Part shown: positions 24,701-36,208 of the stretch, in pieces | How the letters are laid out: each line of letters opens with the position of its first letter | How positions within the stretch are numbered: position 1 is the stretch's first letter | The notes under the pieces: model-generated | Told to the model about the DNA's origin: nothing | Databases searched by the model: none | What the model saw: the letters and a program-made list of their open reading frames with translations, nothing else | Made by a program: the position numbers and the translations under genes | Origin: Octopus bimaculoides | Taxonomy: Eukaryota | DNA length: 61,216 nt | NCBI RefSeq assembly: GCF_001194135.2 | Contig: NC_069005.1 | Coordinates: 35,159,944 to 35,221,159 of the forward strand | Reading direction: 5' to 3'

Positions 24701-27629
24701 CACACGCACACAGCGCTTCTGTTGGATTCTAACCTGTTATGTCCTTCCTTTATTTGCAGGAGTCAACCTGTTTATGGTAGCAGCTCATGAGTTTGGTCAT
24801 GCTTTGGGTTTGTCCCACAGCAAGACCCCAGGATCACTGATGTATCCATGGTATGCCGGAAAACAGTCAAAATATTACACCCTCCCAAAAGATGATGTTG
24901 AGGGCATCCAGAAACTTTATGGTGAGACAGTTTCTTTCTTTCTTCCTTTTTATACGTAATCACACACACACACACACACACATAATGGCAGTAACTATAG
25001 CCATGTAGTTAAGCAGTTTGTTTCCTATCAATGTGGTCCCATGTTCACTCCCCTTATCTTCTGCATGATGGTAGATGGAATTCCTCATAGCTGCAGGTTG
25101 ACCAATACCTTTAAAAGAAGAATTTGGTACAAAGTTTGATTGCAACCCAAGTTAAAGACTGGTCCTCCCTGGAATTCTGTAAAAGACATTTAACTGAGCT
25201 GAATGTCAAACAGCTTAAACACACACGTTGTCACATACGTATGCACACGCTTACACTTTCATGTCTTGTTAATTACATGTCAATTATTAATTGCAGGTGT
25301 TAAAAACAGTAATAACACACCTGTGATAGTTTTAGTCCCTAACCATGAAGGATCTAAAGAAGATAAAGATGAGAAAAAGGAGGAAGAGGAAGATGAAAAT
25401 AAAGATGAAGGCTTCGTTGATAATTGCACCCACAAATTCGACGCTATTACCAGAATTAGAGGTGATGTTTACATCTTCAAAGGAAAGGTGAGTCTGAAAC
25501 ACCAGCTGGTACCTCTGCTGTTGGGAAATTTTTACAGGTTTTTAATAAAATTCTCTAAAAAGTAAATAAGTGCAATGATGAGAATTGAACCAATGATCTC
25601 TCTGTTTAGATGAATACAGTACAACTCCATAACATAATGTTTAAAATAAAATAAAAAGAATTATCTAAACACCTCTGTTAGATTTAGTGCCAGCATTTGA
25701 TGGGGGTGGGGGGTGCAGCTAGCAATGTCATTGTGACACCAACAACCACTACCCTCCTCCCTCTACTACAGCTATCATCCATCACCACCACCACCACTAC
25801 CATTTCCCTCTAAGCTACCACCTCCAACACCTCCCCCCGAATCTACCGACCATTTTCCACCAGAAATATTCTTAAAATCGGTTTTGTTTTTGTTTTTGAC
25901 CAGTATTTCTGGCGTTGGGAGTCTGGAGGCATGAAAGACAGTTCTCCGATACTAATAACACAGTTTTGGTACAACTACCCAGAAGATAGTGTTGATGCTG
26001 TCTTTGAACGGAAGAAAGGTTCCAAAATTATGTTCTTCAAAGGTAAGGCAAATTAACCATTTTTTCAAATTCACAATGGAATGTATTTTTCTGCTTCTTT
26101 TTCTTTAGAATTGAGTAAATTCCTTCTCAATTTCCTGAAAATTTTTCTTATCACTGATTGTGTTTTTATTACAGGTAACAAGTACTGGTTGTATGATGCC
26201 AATCATATGGAGAAAGCTTGGCCCATTGAAGGCCGACCCTTAACAGAGCTTGGTCTGCCAGCAGACCTGAAGAAAATCGATGCAGCTTTCACCTGGAGCT
26301 ACAACAAACGTACTTACCTGGTCAGTGACGATATGTACTGGAAGTTTGACGAGAACGAAAATTATGTTGTCTATGACTACCCACGAGATATGAAAATTTG
26401 GCAAGGAGTCCCAACACCACTTGATGCAGCTTTCCAGTTTAATGATGGTAAGTGAAGAACTCTTTTATGACTTCTTTACAAGAAGTGCTTCTAGAAGGCT
26501 AAGTGGCTCCTCTACTTTAGCTGCATAGCTTTGCTAGAGCAAGTGTCACAAAAAAAGGAGGCCCCCCCCCTCCCCGCAGATCAGTTTGTGGAAAGGCATC
26601 CAGCCATAGAAACTGTGCCAAAGCAGACATTTGGAGCACAAAGCAGTCTTTGGACCTAAGACTCCTTCCAGGCTTCCAAAAACTCTTGGGAGAGAAATGG
26701 CTGACATTTTCCTCAGATATAACATCTGGCTTAACTGACTGCAAAAGAGTGGATTCTGTTAAAGATAATCAAGGACCCCAGGTGGTTGCGTTAGAAAGAG
26801 TGACACCTTAAGTCTATCTCCCAACACTAGTTTCAGGAGCATGAAGTGGAAATGAATCTGCACCGGGATTGAACAGTAGTCTGTTATATGCAACTTCCTC
26901 TTCAAACTGGTGAAATCTACTCCACACAGCTGTGAATACAGACTGGACTGTATGATTAACAAATTTAATTAAATTTATTACCTCCTACACTGGTGTGAGT
27001 GGGTGAGTAAGTGGGTTTGTTGAAGATAGAATCCATTGTTAATAACGAGAATATTATTATTGTTATTATTATTATTATTATTATTATTGTTATTATTGTT
27101 ATTATTATTATTATTGTTATTATTATCATTATAGGTGGTGAGCTGGAAGAATCATTAGCATGCCAGACAAAACGCTACTAAGTATTTTGTCTGTTTTTAT
27201 GTTCTGAGGAGTCAACACTATCATCATCATCCTTATTATTATGATGATGATGATGATGATGATGTTGATAATAATAATGATAATAATAATAATAATGTGG
27301 ATGACAAATTTTAGATAATGTCGATGATGTTGATGATACTTTTCATGATGATGATGATGATGATGATGATGTTTTCTGTTGCAGGAAAGACATATTTCAT
27401 AAAAGGCAAACATTATTGGGAATTCTTAGACAGTCAGATGCGTGTGAAGACAAAACTACCAACTGGCAATATTTCCGAACGTTGGATGCAATGCAAGACA
27501 CCACCAAAGAACATAGGACTTCCAAAATCCAGCCACGGAGTCCCCACTCCTTCAAAGGGTTTCTCTGCCCTCTCTCTAATGGCACTACCAAACCTAGTGC
27601 TCCTTTCTCTCCTCACCTCATACTTATAG
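3284..27629 (+). CDS. Matrix metalloproteinase (M10A), furin-activatable, probable GPI anchor (MMP17/MMP25/Drosophila Mmp2-like); 5'-partial
   Basis: Exons rebuilt with GT-AG and consistent phases: 3284-3555, 22266-22459, 23300-23395, 24760-24921, 25297-25487, 25904-26042, 26175-26447, 27385-27629 (stop). Motifs: cysteine switch PRCGNKD, furin site [34 protein letters not shown], zinc motif [11 protein letters not shown], Met-turn LMYP, acidic hinge, hemopexin repeats (FDAI, IDAAF, LDAAF) and a hydrophobic C-terminus. The signal-peptide exon was not identified. Confidence 0.95.
4574..4772 (+). repeat. Interspersed repeat family CTGCTAGAAAxAGCAGCCAAATCTCC...GGATGGTCAT...GGGCTAAAC
   Basis: At least seven degenerate copies in the window: about 255-385, 3715-3905, 4574-4772, 22750-22955, 41365-41565, 43060-43240 and 46565-46720. 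Confidence 0.6.
4791..5030 (+). promoter_or_regulatory. Candidate internal Pol II promoter and alternative first exon in the MMP intron
   Basis: CCAAT at 4791 and 4818, TATAAAAG at 4846-4853, first downstream ATG at 4972 in AAAAC-ATG context, 17 codons plus 2 nt, then donor GTGAGT at 5025-5030 (phase 2, matching the acceptor at 22266). Confidence 0.45.
14050..14268. mobile_element. hAT (Charlie-like) MITE
   Basis: TIRs CAGTAGTTCTCAACC (14050-14064) and GGTTGGGAATCGCTG (14254-14268); 8-bp target duplication CTTTAAAT/CTCTAAAT (one mismatch); no coding capacity. Confidence 0.75.
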
Positions 27630-30600
27630 CTCCCATCTCTGCTGTCTTTACTATCAAATCACGCTATTGTTGTTCTTGGCATTCTTGTTGTTGTTGTTGT
27701 TGCGACCAGTTTTACAATCTTTCGCATACTCTTTTCGCATTTTATCTCAAAAAAAAAAAAAATATTATTAATTCAAAAACAACAATTATTCCCTGCCAAG
27801 AATTTCATTTTGCTTCTATTTTCTTTTTTTTTTTTTGCATCTCAATGGATTAAAGAGGAATTTAGCTTTCTTACAGTGAAACCCTCTCTTTATTTCTCTA
27901 AACAACGCCAACTAGGGAATTTTAAAAGAAAGGAATTCAATGAAAACTGATTTAACTATAAATACCATACACACTCACACACACACAAACACACACACCA
28001 GATTATATATATATATATATNNNNNNNNNNNNNNNNNNNNNNNNNNNNNNNNNNNNNNNNNNNNNNNNNNNNNNNNNNNNNNNNNNNNNNNNNNNNNNNN
28101 NNNNNNNNNNNNNNNNNNNNNNNNNNNNNNNNNNNNNNNNNNNNNNNNNNNNNNNNNNNNNNNNNNNNNNNNNNNNNNNNNNNNNNNNNNNNNNNNNNNN
28201 NNNNNNNNNNNNNNNNNNNNNNNNNNNNNNNNNNNNNNNNNNNNNNNNNNNNNNNNNNNNNNNNNNNNNNNNNNNNNNNNNNNNNNNNNNNNNNNNNNNN
28301 NNNNNNNNNNNNNNNNNNNNNNNNNNNNNNNNNNNNNNNNNNNNNNNNNNNNNNNNNNNNNNNNNNNNNNNNNNNNNNNNNNNNNNNNNNNNNNNNNNNN
28401 NNNNNNNNNNNNNNNNNNNNNNNNNNNNNNNNNNNNNNNNNNNNNNNNNNNNNNNNNNNNNNNNNNNNNNNNNNNNNNNNNNNNNNNNNNNNNNNNNNNN
28501 NNNNNNNNNNNNNNNNNNNNNNNNNNNNNNNNNNNNNNNNNNNNNNNNNNNNNNNNNNNNNNNNNNNNNNNNNNNNNNNNNNNNNNNNNNNNNNNNNNNN
28601 NNNNNNNNNNNNNNNNNNNNNNNNNNNNNNNNNNNNNNNNNNNNNNNNNNNNNNNNNNNNNNNNNNNNNNNNNNNNNNNNNNNNNNNNNNNNNNNNNNNN
28701 NNNNNNNNNNNNNNNNNNNNNNNNNNNNNNNNNNNNNNNNNNNNNNNNNNNNNNNNNNNNNNNNNNNNNNNNNNNNNNNNNNNNNNNNNNNNNNNNNNNN
28801 NNNNNNNNNNNNNNNNNNNNNNNNNNNNNNNNNNNNNNNNNNNNNNNNNNNNNNNNNNNNNNNNNNNNNNNNNNNNNNNNNNNNNNNNNNNNNNNNNNNN
28901 NNNNNNNNNNNNNNNNNNNNNNNNNNNNNNNNNNNNNNNNNNNNNNNNNNNNNNNNNNNNNNNNNNNNNNNNNNNNNNNNNNNNNNNNNNNNNNNNNNNN
29001 NNNNNNNNNNNNNNNNNNNTATATATATATATAAATGTATAATTATATATATATACACACATTTATATATATATACACACATTTATATATATATATATAT
29101 ATACATACACATTTATATTTACATATATACATTTATGCACACACACACACACATACACATGAACAGACACACACACACACATACAACAGTATTGAATTAT
29201 CCTAAAATATCATACAATGTATAAAAATGGTATTTAATTCTTAAAATTCTCATAAAACTATTTTGAATCATACATATTAAAGTGATATTATATAATAACA
29301 CACCATATAAATGGAAATAAATAAGAATTCATATAAGAATGATATAAAACGGATATAAAATAATAATGATAATAATAATTCAAGAAGAATTTTAAAACCA
29401 TATCAAATGACTCAAAAATTGACAAAAGAAGGAAATCCATATTAACAAAATTGACAGAGATTTCAAAAGNNNNNNNNNNNNNNNNNNNNNNNNNNNNNNN
29501 NNNNNNNNNNNNNNNNNNNNNNNNNNNNNNNNNNNNNNNNNNNNNNNNNNNNNNNNNNNNNNNNNNNNNNNNNNNNNNNNNNNNNNNNNNNNNNNNNNNN
29601 NNNNNNNNNNNNNNNNNNNNNNNNNNNNNNNNNNNNNNNNNNNNNNNNNNNNNNNNNNNNNNNNNNNNNNNNNNNNNNNNNNNNNNNNNNNNNNNNNTAT
29701 ATATATATGTGTGTGTGTGTGTGTGTTATATGCATGTATGCTTACATGTGCTTCACAACAATGAAATGAAAATGAAGAGATATGTCTAACCATAATAAAT
29801 GTGATAATTATATTGGCACCATGTTGAAAAGCATATTGAATTTTGTGGATCCATAATGATTGCAAAACATGCATATTGATATAATATTGGAGAAATTAAA
29901 GAAAGCCTCTGTTGATGAGGCATGAACTGAAATAATAATAAAATTAATAATAATGATAATACATAACAGCAATAACAATATGTGAAGAATTTCACATTAA
30001 TTTGACAAATTCATTTCAAAGACTGAAATGAACAACAACAACAACAACAAATTCCCATCACTCACTCCATACCATTTCCCCCTCCATCTGTGGAGGAGGT
30101 AAAAGAGGAGGATGTAGATTACAGAGTGTATAGAGGGAGAGCAGGAGGAGGAGGAAGAGATTTAAAAGAAATAAAAATAAAGCATACAAAATTATATACA
30201 AATATGTGTATTAATATTATTGTGTGTGTGTGTGAGCGTGTGTGTGTGTGTGATGTTAATCTAAACCACAAAATTCTTATTTACTTGTCGTACACAGACG
30301 AAGTTATTTTAATTTTTGTGTTTTATTTTAATTGTTTATTTACTTTATGTTGGCTTTTCCATGTTACAAGAAACCATAAAACAAAAACGACTTTTATTAT
30401 TATTATTATTATTATTATTATATGCAGAATTATTACTGCACTAGACAACACGTTTGGTGGCATTTCTTCCAGTCTGCAGGGGTTCACTTTGCCTTTCATT
30501 TTCTCAGGGTCAGTAAGATAAATACTAGCTGAGAATTGGGGTCGATGAAATCATCTAATATCCTGCTCCAAATTTCAGTCCTTGTGCCTATAATCATAGA

Positions 30601-31574
30601 AATTATTATTATTATTATTATTATACGCCTGTGGTTAATAAAGAAATCATTATTATTATTATTATTGCTATCATTAATATTATTATTATTACTATTATAA
30701 CTATTATTGTGGTTAATAAAGAAATCATTATTATTATTATAGTTGATATGATTACTACAGTACAAGAAATCATTTTCCAATAAAACAAATTCTCGCTTCC
30801 ATTTGGATCCAATACAATCCTCTGGCTTACCTTAATGTCCCTGGGAAAGGCATGAATATCATACAATCTCACCCCATTCCTCTCCTAATAAATGTGCTGC
30901 CTTAGTTTTAGGGAAGACATTCTTAACGTCTACATTAAAATTCAATGTTTATCCCCCACACGTGACTATTGATTATTATTATTATTATTCCAGTCTGGTT
31001 CTTTACTTTTCTGAGTCCAAATCCAGCCAGGAGTCAACTTTGCCTTTCATCTTTTCAGGGTTGATAAAATAAAGAAGCAGTCAATTTGTGGGGTTGAGGG
31101 CATCGACAAACACCCTGTCCCCACAAATTTCAGGCTATGTTCCTATTTGAGAAACAAATATTATAATTATAATTATTATTGGTGTTTCTTTTCTCAACAA
31201 GAATTGCTTCACTTATGTTGCTAATACATTTAAGAAAGCCATGAAGACCACAACATCACATCTGCTATCAATGTGAAGTTCCATATCAATATTATTTTTT
31301 TTAGTTCATTTTTATTTCTGTCAAATAAATGCAAACATTTTTCAATTGCAAACCACACAGGTTCAATCCCAAATGACATCTTTATCCAAGATCCCCCAAC
31401 TCCACACAATTTACTTTTAAAAATAAAATCTTTTCCTTTATCCTGTTCCCTCCCCACACATCAATCTCTTTTAAAATCTGTTTATTTTCAAACAATCCTC
31501 ACACACAAACACCTACCCAAAAGTATATATATATATATATATATAAGTATGCAAATATGGTCTGTATATTATAC

Positions 31575-31612
<38 letters not shown>

Positions 31613-31724
31613 TACATATGAAAATACATTTAATATATTATATAGAAATATGTATATATAAGTAAAATATATGAATATATAGCATATATGAATATATATG
31701 CTATATATATACATACATACATAT

Positions 31725-31773
<49 letters not shown>

Positions 31774-32251
31774 NNNNNNNNNNNNNNNNNNNNNNNNNNN
31801 NNNNNNNNNNNNNNNNNNNNNNNNNNNNNNNNNNNNNNNNNNNNNNNNNNNNNNNNNNNNNNNNNNNNNNNNNNNNNNNNNNNNNNNNNNNNNNNNNNNN
31901 NNNNNNNNNNNNNNNNNNNNNNNNNNNNNNNNNNNNNNNNNNNNNNNNNNNNNNNNNNNNNNNNNNNNNNNNNNNNNNNNNNNNNNNNNNNNNNNNNNNN
32001 NNNNNNNNNNNNNNNNNNNNNNNNNNNNNNNNNNNNNNNNNNNNNNNNNNNNNNNNNNNNNNNNNNNNNNNNNNNNNNNNNNNNNNNNNNNNNNNNNNNN
32101 NNNNNNNNNNNNNNNNNNNNNNNNNNNNNNNNNNNNNNNNNNNNNNNNNNNNNNNNNNNNNNNNNNNNNNNNNNNNNNNNNNNNNNNNNNNNNNNNNNNN
32201 NNNNNNNNNNNNNNNNNNATATAATCATATATATATATTATGTTATATTTC

Positions 32252-32285
<34 letters not shown>

Positions 32286-32829
32286 CCTCTATACATTCAT
32301 GCATCAGTCTGTCGATATGTTTCTGTATATATATGAACTTCATCTTGGGACGAAAAAAATATTTTTCAAAAAATATATTTAAAAAACAAAAAGAGATTAA
32401 ACAGAAACATCAACCGCGTGTGTCCCTGACTCTTCGGTGTTAGCTATGTCGTTCCTAACCCCTTAGCTATATTGTGCTGTGGTCAGGGATCGAACTCCAG
32501 ACTGTTCAGCTGTAATGTATTACAAGGTAACAACATCTACAGCAAGAGTTGACCTCAAATGTTCAGGTGAACTCATGGAACTGTATCATGTATGAAGTAC
32601 AGTGTTATCAACAGAAAAAACAAAGAAAACGAAATTACAGAAATATGTAAACCTAAAGACTGCAATAAAATAATGAATCATTACTTTTAGTGTTTTGTTA
32701 TGATTGTGTTGAGAGAGAATCGTGGGGAAGCAGAGAGAAGTGGTGACTTTTATGCAAAAATATAGAAGGAAGTAGACAGTGATACAGCGGGACTCACAGA
32801 AACATAACAAAGAGACACAGGGCAGAGTG

Positions 32830-33125
32830 GACTCTACTAATGGGAAACAGGACTCTACTAATGGGAAACAGGATTCTACTAATGGGAAACAGGACTGTGA
32901 GGACTCTACTAATGGGACACAAGGTAGATATGACTCTACTAATGGGACACGGGGCAAAATAGATTTTGCAACTGGTGGTGGTGGTGAAACATCAAGTCAA
33001 CCTGCCAAGAACTGTCTTCCTCATAGTTTCCAACAAATTACACTTAGAAAAACTTTCTTGATTTGGAATCAAGAAGCTACTTGTCCTGTGTCCCATTAAT
33101 AGAGTCCTCTGTGTCCTGTGTCCCA
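32830..33125. repeat. 21-bp minisatellite with a downstream inverted copy
   Basis: Five GACTCTACTAATGGGA(A/C)AC units at 32830-32952 and an inverted unit at 33082-33125. Confidence 0.8.
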
Positions 33126-33689
33126 AGATGTATAGTGAGATTGAACCTAAGATGAAATGGTTGCAAAGTATTGTTGTTAACCACACAGCCAAATGTGTAA
33201 TTTTTGATGAGTTTAACATATTTGGCAGAGACTGTCTTGATAAGACAATAACAGAGTCTATCTCATTCCAACAAGGACAAAAAAAAAATCAAATAAAGAC
33301 TGTTGTTAATAATCTTTTCTTTATTAGCCAAAAAGAGATTATTGTTAATAATGACATTTCAGAATAAAAACAAAATAGCTCAACATTTATGTGTTAGAAA
33401 GAATAAAGAAGTCATTTAAGGTCTTGGTCGATTTCTTAGAATGTGGCTTAGAGATGTTACTCCAAGAGATCTATGTTGTCAGGTGGAAATCAGATGGCAT
33501 CATGGTCAGTAAGAAGGACAGAAAAGCCACAAGAAAAGTTTGTAAAAATGAGATCAATATCAAGTGTTACGAGAGTTTCTCATTCCTTTAAATGTTCTTT
33601 AGATATTTCACCCAAGATTGCACCAGCATGGCCATGTGGGTAAGGTGTACACGAACTATTAGAATTTCATTCAAATGTCTGTCAAGAAA

Positions 33690-33849
33690 CCTGCAAGTCA
33701 TGTGGAGCAGAACTTGAATATTCATAACAGACGAACAGGATATGGGAGCCAATGTTGAAATGGGACCTTGCTGCCATATTTGGGATCAGCTCTTCAAACG
33801 CCTTTCAGGGCTCAGAAGTCATTTAAGATCTCACACTTGGAAAGTGTAA
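33690..33849 (+). mobile_element. Probable RTE LINE 3' end with a decayed zinc-finger-like motif
   Basis: 33772-33849 reads CHIWDQLFKRLSGLRSHLRSHTWKV*, similar to the C-terminal CxxC...GLxSHxRxH of RTE ORFs; isolated and degenerate. Confidence 0.4.
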
Positions 33850-34289
33850 TTATAAGTACAAGGAGAATATTGATAGACATAGATAGATATGTAAAGGTAA
33901 GACCTAAGGGTCAAGGTGTAGGAAGTTAATAAGCTTCAAGCAGTCCATAGTAGAAGGTATAAAAAAATAACTTTCAAGAACAATAATGGTTTATTGGCAG
34001 AGAAGGTTATGAATTTTTCCCATAGCAAAGGACAATAAGCTGCAAAAAGTTATTTTATAGTTCACAGTTAGCAACTGGGGTGGCCGTATGTGCAAAAAAG
34101 GATCCAAAAATTAGGAAGAGATCAAATCCAGGCTACATATGTTTCAGGCCAAGGATAGCTTGATTACATGAAGTTTATTTTGTCGTTAGGAGATGCCATG
34201 TTAACTCCCAGTATTGACCAGACTATCTGATGTTATTCATCACTGGTCACAATGCACTTCACTGTCTTTGAATGATGCCACCCCAGTGG

Positions 34290-34440
34290 CTAGGTGAGCA
34301 GTCTACAGCTAAGTAGACTGGAGCAACATGAACTGAAGTGTTTTGCTCGAGAACATAATGTGCTGCGTGGTCTAGGAATCGAACCCACTATCTAGCAATC
34401 ATGAGTGTCACACCCTAACCACTGGGCCACATGCCTTCAC
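34290..34440 (-). mobile_element. tRNA-derived SINE head (GTGAAGGCATGTGGCCCAGTGG family)
   Basis: Reverse complement has an A-box TGGCCCAGTGG and a B-box GGTTCGATTCC, followed by GAGCAAAACACTTC...TGCTCCAGTC. A second copy lies at about 52950-53095 (-). Confidence 0.6.
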
Positions 34441-34608
34441 AAACACAAACACATATATATGTTGGTATTAGCAAGAGCATCTAACCATAGAAAGTATACC
34501 AAATCAGACTGGAGTCTGGTGCAGCTCCCCAGTGTGGGAGAGATGATTCTCCCCTTTACAGTTCTCTCTCTCTATTCCCTCACCACTCTCACAGTTCAGT
34601 GTGATCCT

Positions 34609-35221
34609 TTACAAACTGGCATAACTAGCAATGATTTGTTCCAAGCAAGCAAAAGAGTCTAAGAAATCAGAGGCAGTGAGTCCATAATCACAATATTGAT
34701 GAAAGAAGGCTTTGGCAGAGAACATATCCCAGGCCCGACTGACCACATGGTCCAGTGGTTTGGCTGTCATCTGACTGTTGCTCACCAAAGTAGCAGATTT
34801 GTCATAATGCTGAAATGATCGTGGTTGGTGCCATTTGGTGAAACTGAGGTCTGGAAGTGTCCAGGGTGTGTAAAGCCTTTGGTCTTGGAATAATGTAGTA
34901 TCAGCCGTGGCCAACTGTTCACCACGCAATATTAAAAGGGACGACAAGGAACGGTTATATTTGACAGCAGCTCCTCTGGGGACATCATCATTGACAGAGA
35001 GGGACCAATTGATGCCTGGAAAAATATAGGGGGAAAAAGAAAAAAAACAAACATTTATAGAGGTCAAACAAAAACACATAGTCCCCACCCCCTCATCCCT
35101 TCCCAAGCCTGGTTCTGAGAAATAGATTCATCTACAGTTTCAGCTTGATCAAAGCATCACGAGTGAAAGTTAAAGAAATGGAAAATATGCAGAAAGCTGT
35201 TTGATATGTATGTGTGTGTGT

Positions 35222-35268
<47 letters not shown>

Positions 35269-36166
35269 TATACATCCATACATATATATATATATGTGTG
35301 TGTACATATATATGTATATATATANNNNNNNNNNNNNNNNNNNNNNNNNNNNNNNNNNNNNNNNNNNNNNNNNNNNNNNNNNNNNNNNNNNNNNNNNNNN
35401 NNNNNNNNNNNNNNNNNNNNNNNNNNNNNNNNNNNNNNNNNNNNNNNNNNNNNNNNNNNNNNNNNNNNNNNNNNNNNNNNNNNNNNNNNNNNNNNNNNNN
35501 NNNNNNNNNNNNNNNNNNNNNNNNNNNNNNNNNNNNNNNNNNNNNNNNNNNNNNNNNNNNNNNNNNNNNNNNNNNNNNNNNNNNNNNNNNNNNNNNNNNN
35601 NNNNNNNNNNNNNNNNNNNNNNNNNNNNNNNNNNNNNNNNNNNNNNNNNNNNNNNNNNNNNNNNNNNNNNNNNNNNNNNNNNNNNNNNNNNNNNNNNNNN
35701 NNNNNNNNNNNNNNNNNNNNNNNNNNNNNNNNNNNNNNNNNNNNNNNNNNNNNNNNNNNNNNNNNNNNNNNNNNNNNNNNNNNNNNNNNNNNNNNNNNNN
35801 NNNNNNNNNNNNNNNNNNNNNNNNNNNNNNNNNNNNNNNNNNNNNNNNNNNNNNNNNNNNNNNNNNNNNNNNNNNNNNNNNNNNNNNNNNNNNNNNNNNN
35901 NNNNNNNNNNNNNNNNNNNNNNNNNNNNNNNNNNNNNNNNNNNNNNNNNNNNNNNNNNNNNNNNNNNNNNNNNNNNNNNNNNNNNNNNNNNNNNNNNNNN
36001 NNNNNNNNNNNNNNNNNNNNNNNNNNNNNNNNNNNNNNNNNNNNNNNNNNNNNNNNNNNNNNNNNNNNNNNNNNNNNNNNNNNNNNNNNNNNNNNNNNNN
36101 NNNNNNNNNNNNNNNNNNNNNNNNNNNNNNNNNNNNNNNNNNNNNNNNNNNNNNNNNNNNNNNNNN

Positions 36167-36208
<42 letters not shown>

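Noticed and set aside
30610-30745. Duplicated GTGGTTAATAAAGAAATCATTATT block in an (ATT)n tract
   Set aside because: Best explained by ordinary slippage duplication within a microsatellite.
32830-32952. CRISPR-like array
   Set aside because: Units are directly tandem without unique spacers, and the context is eukaryotic with no cas genes.
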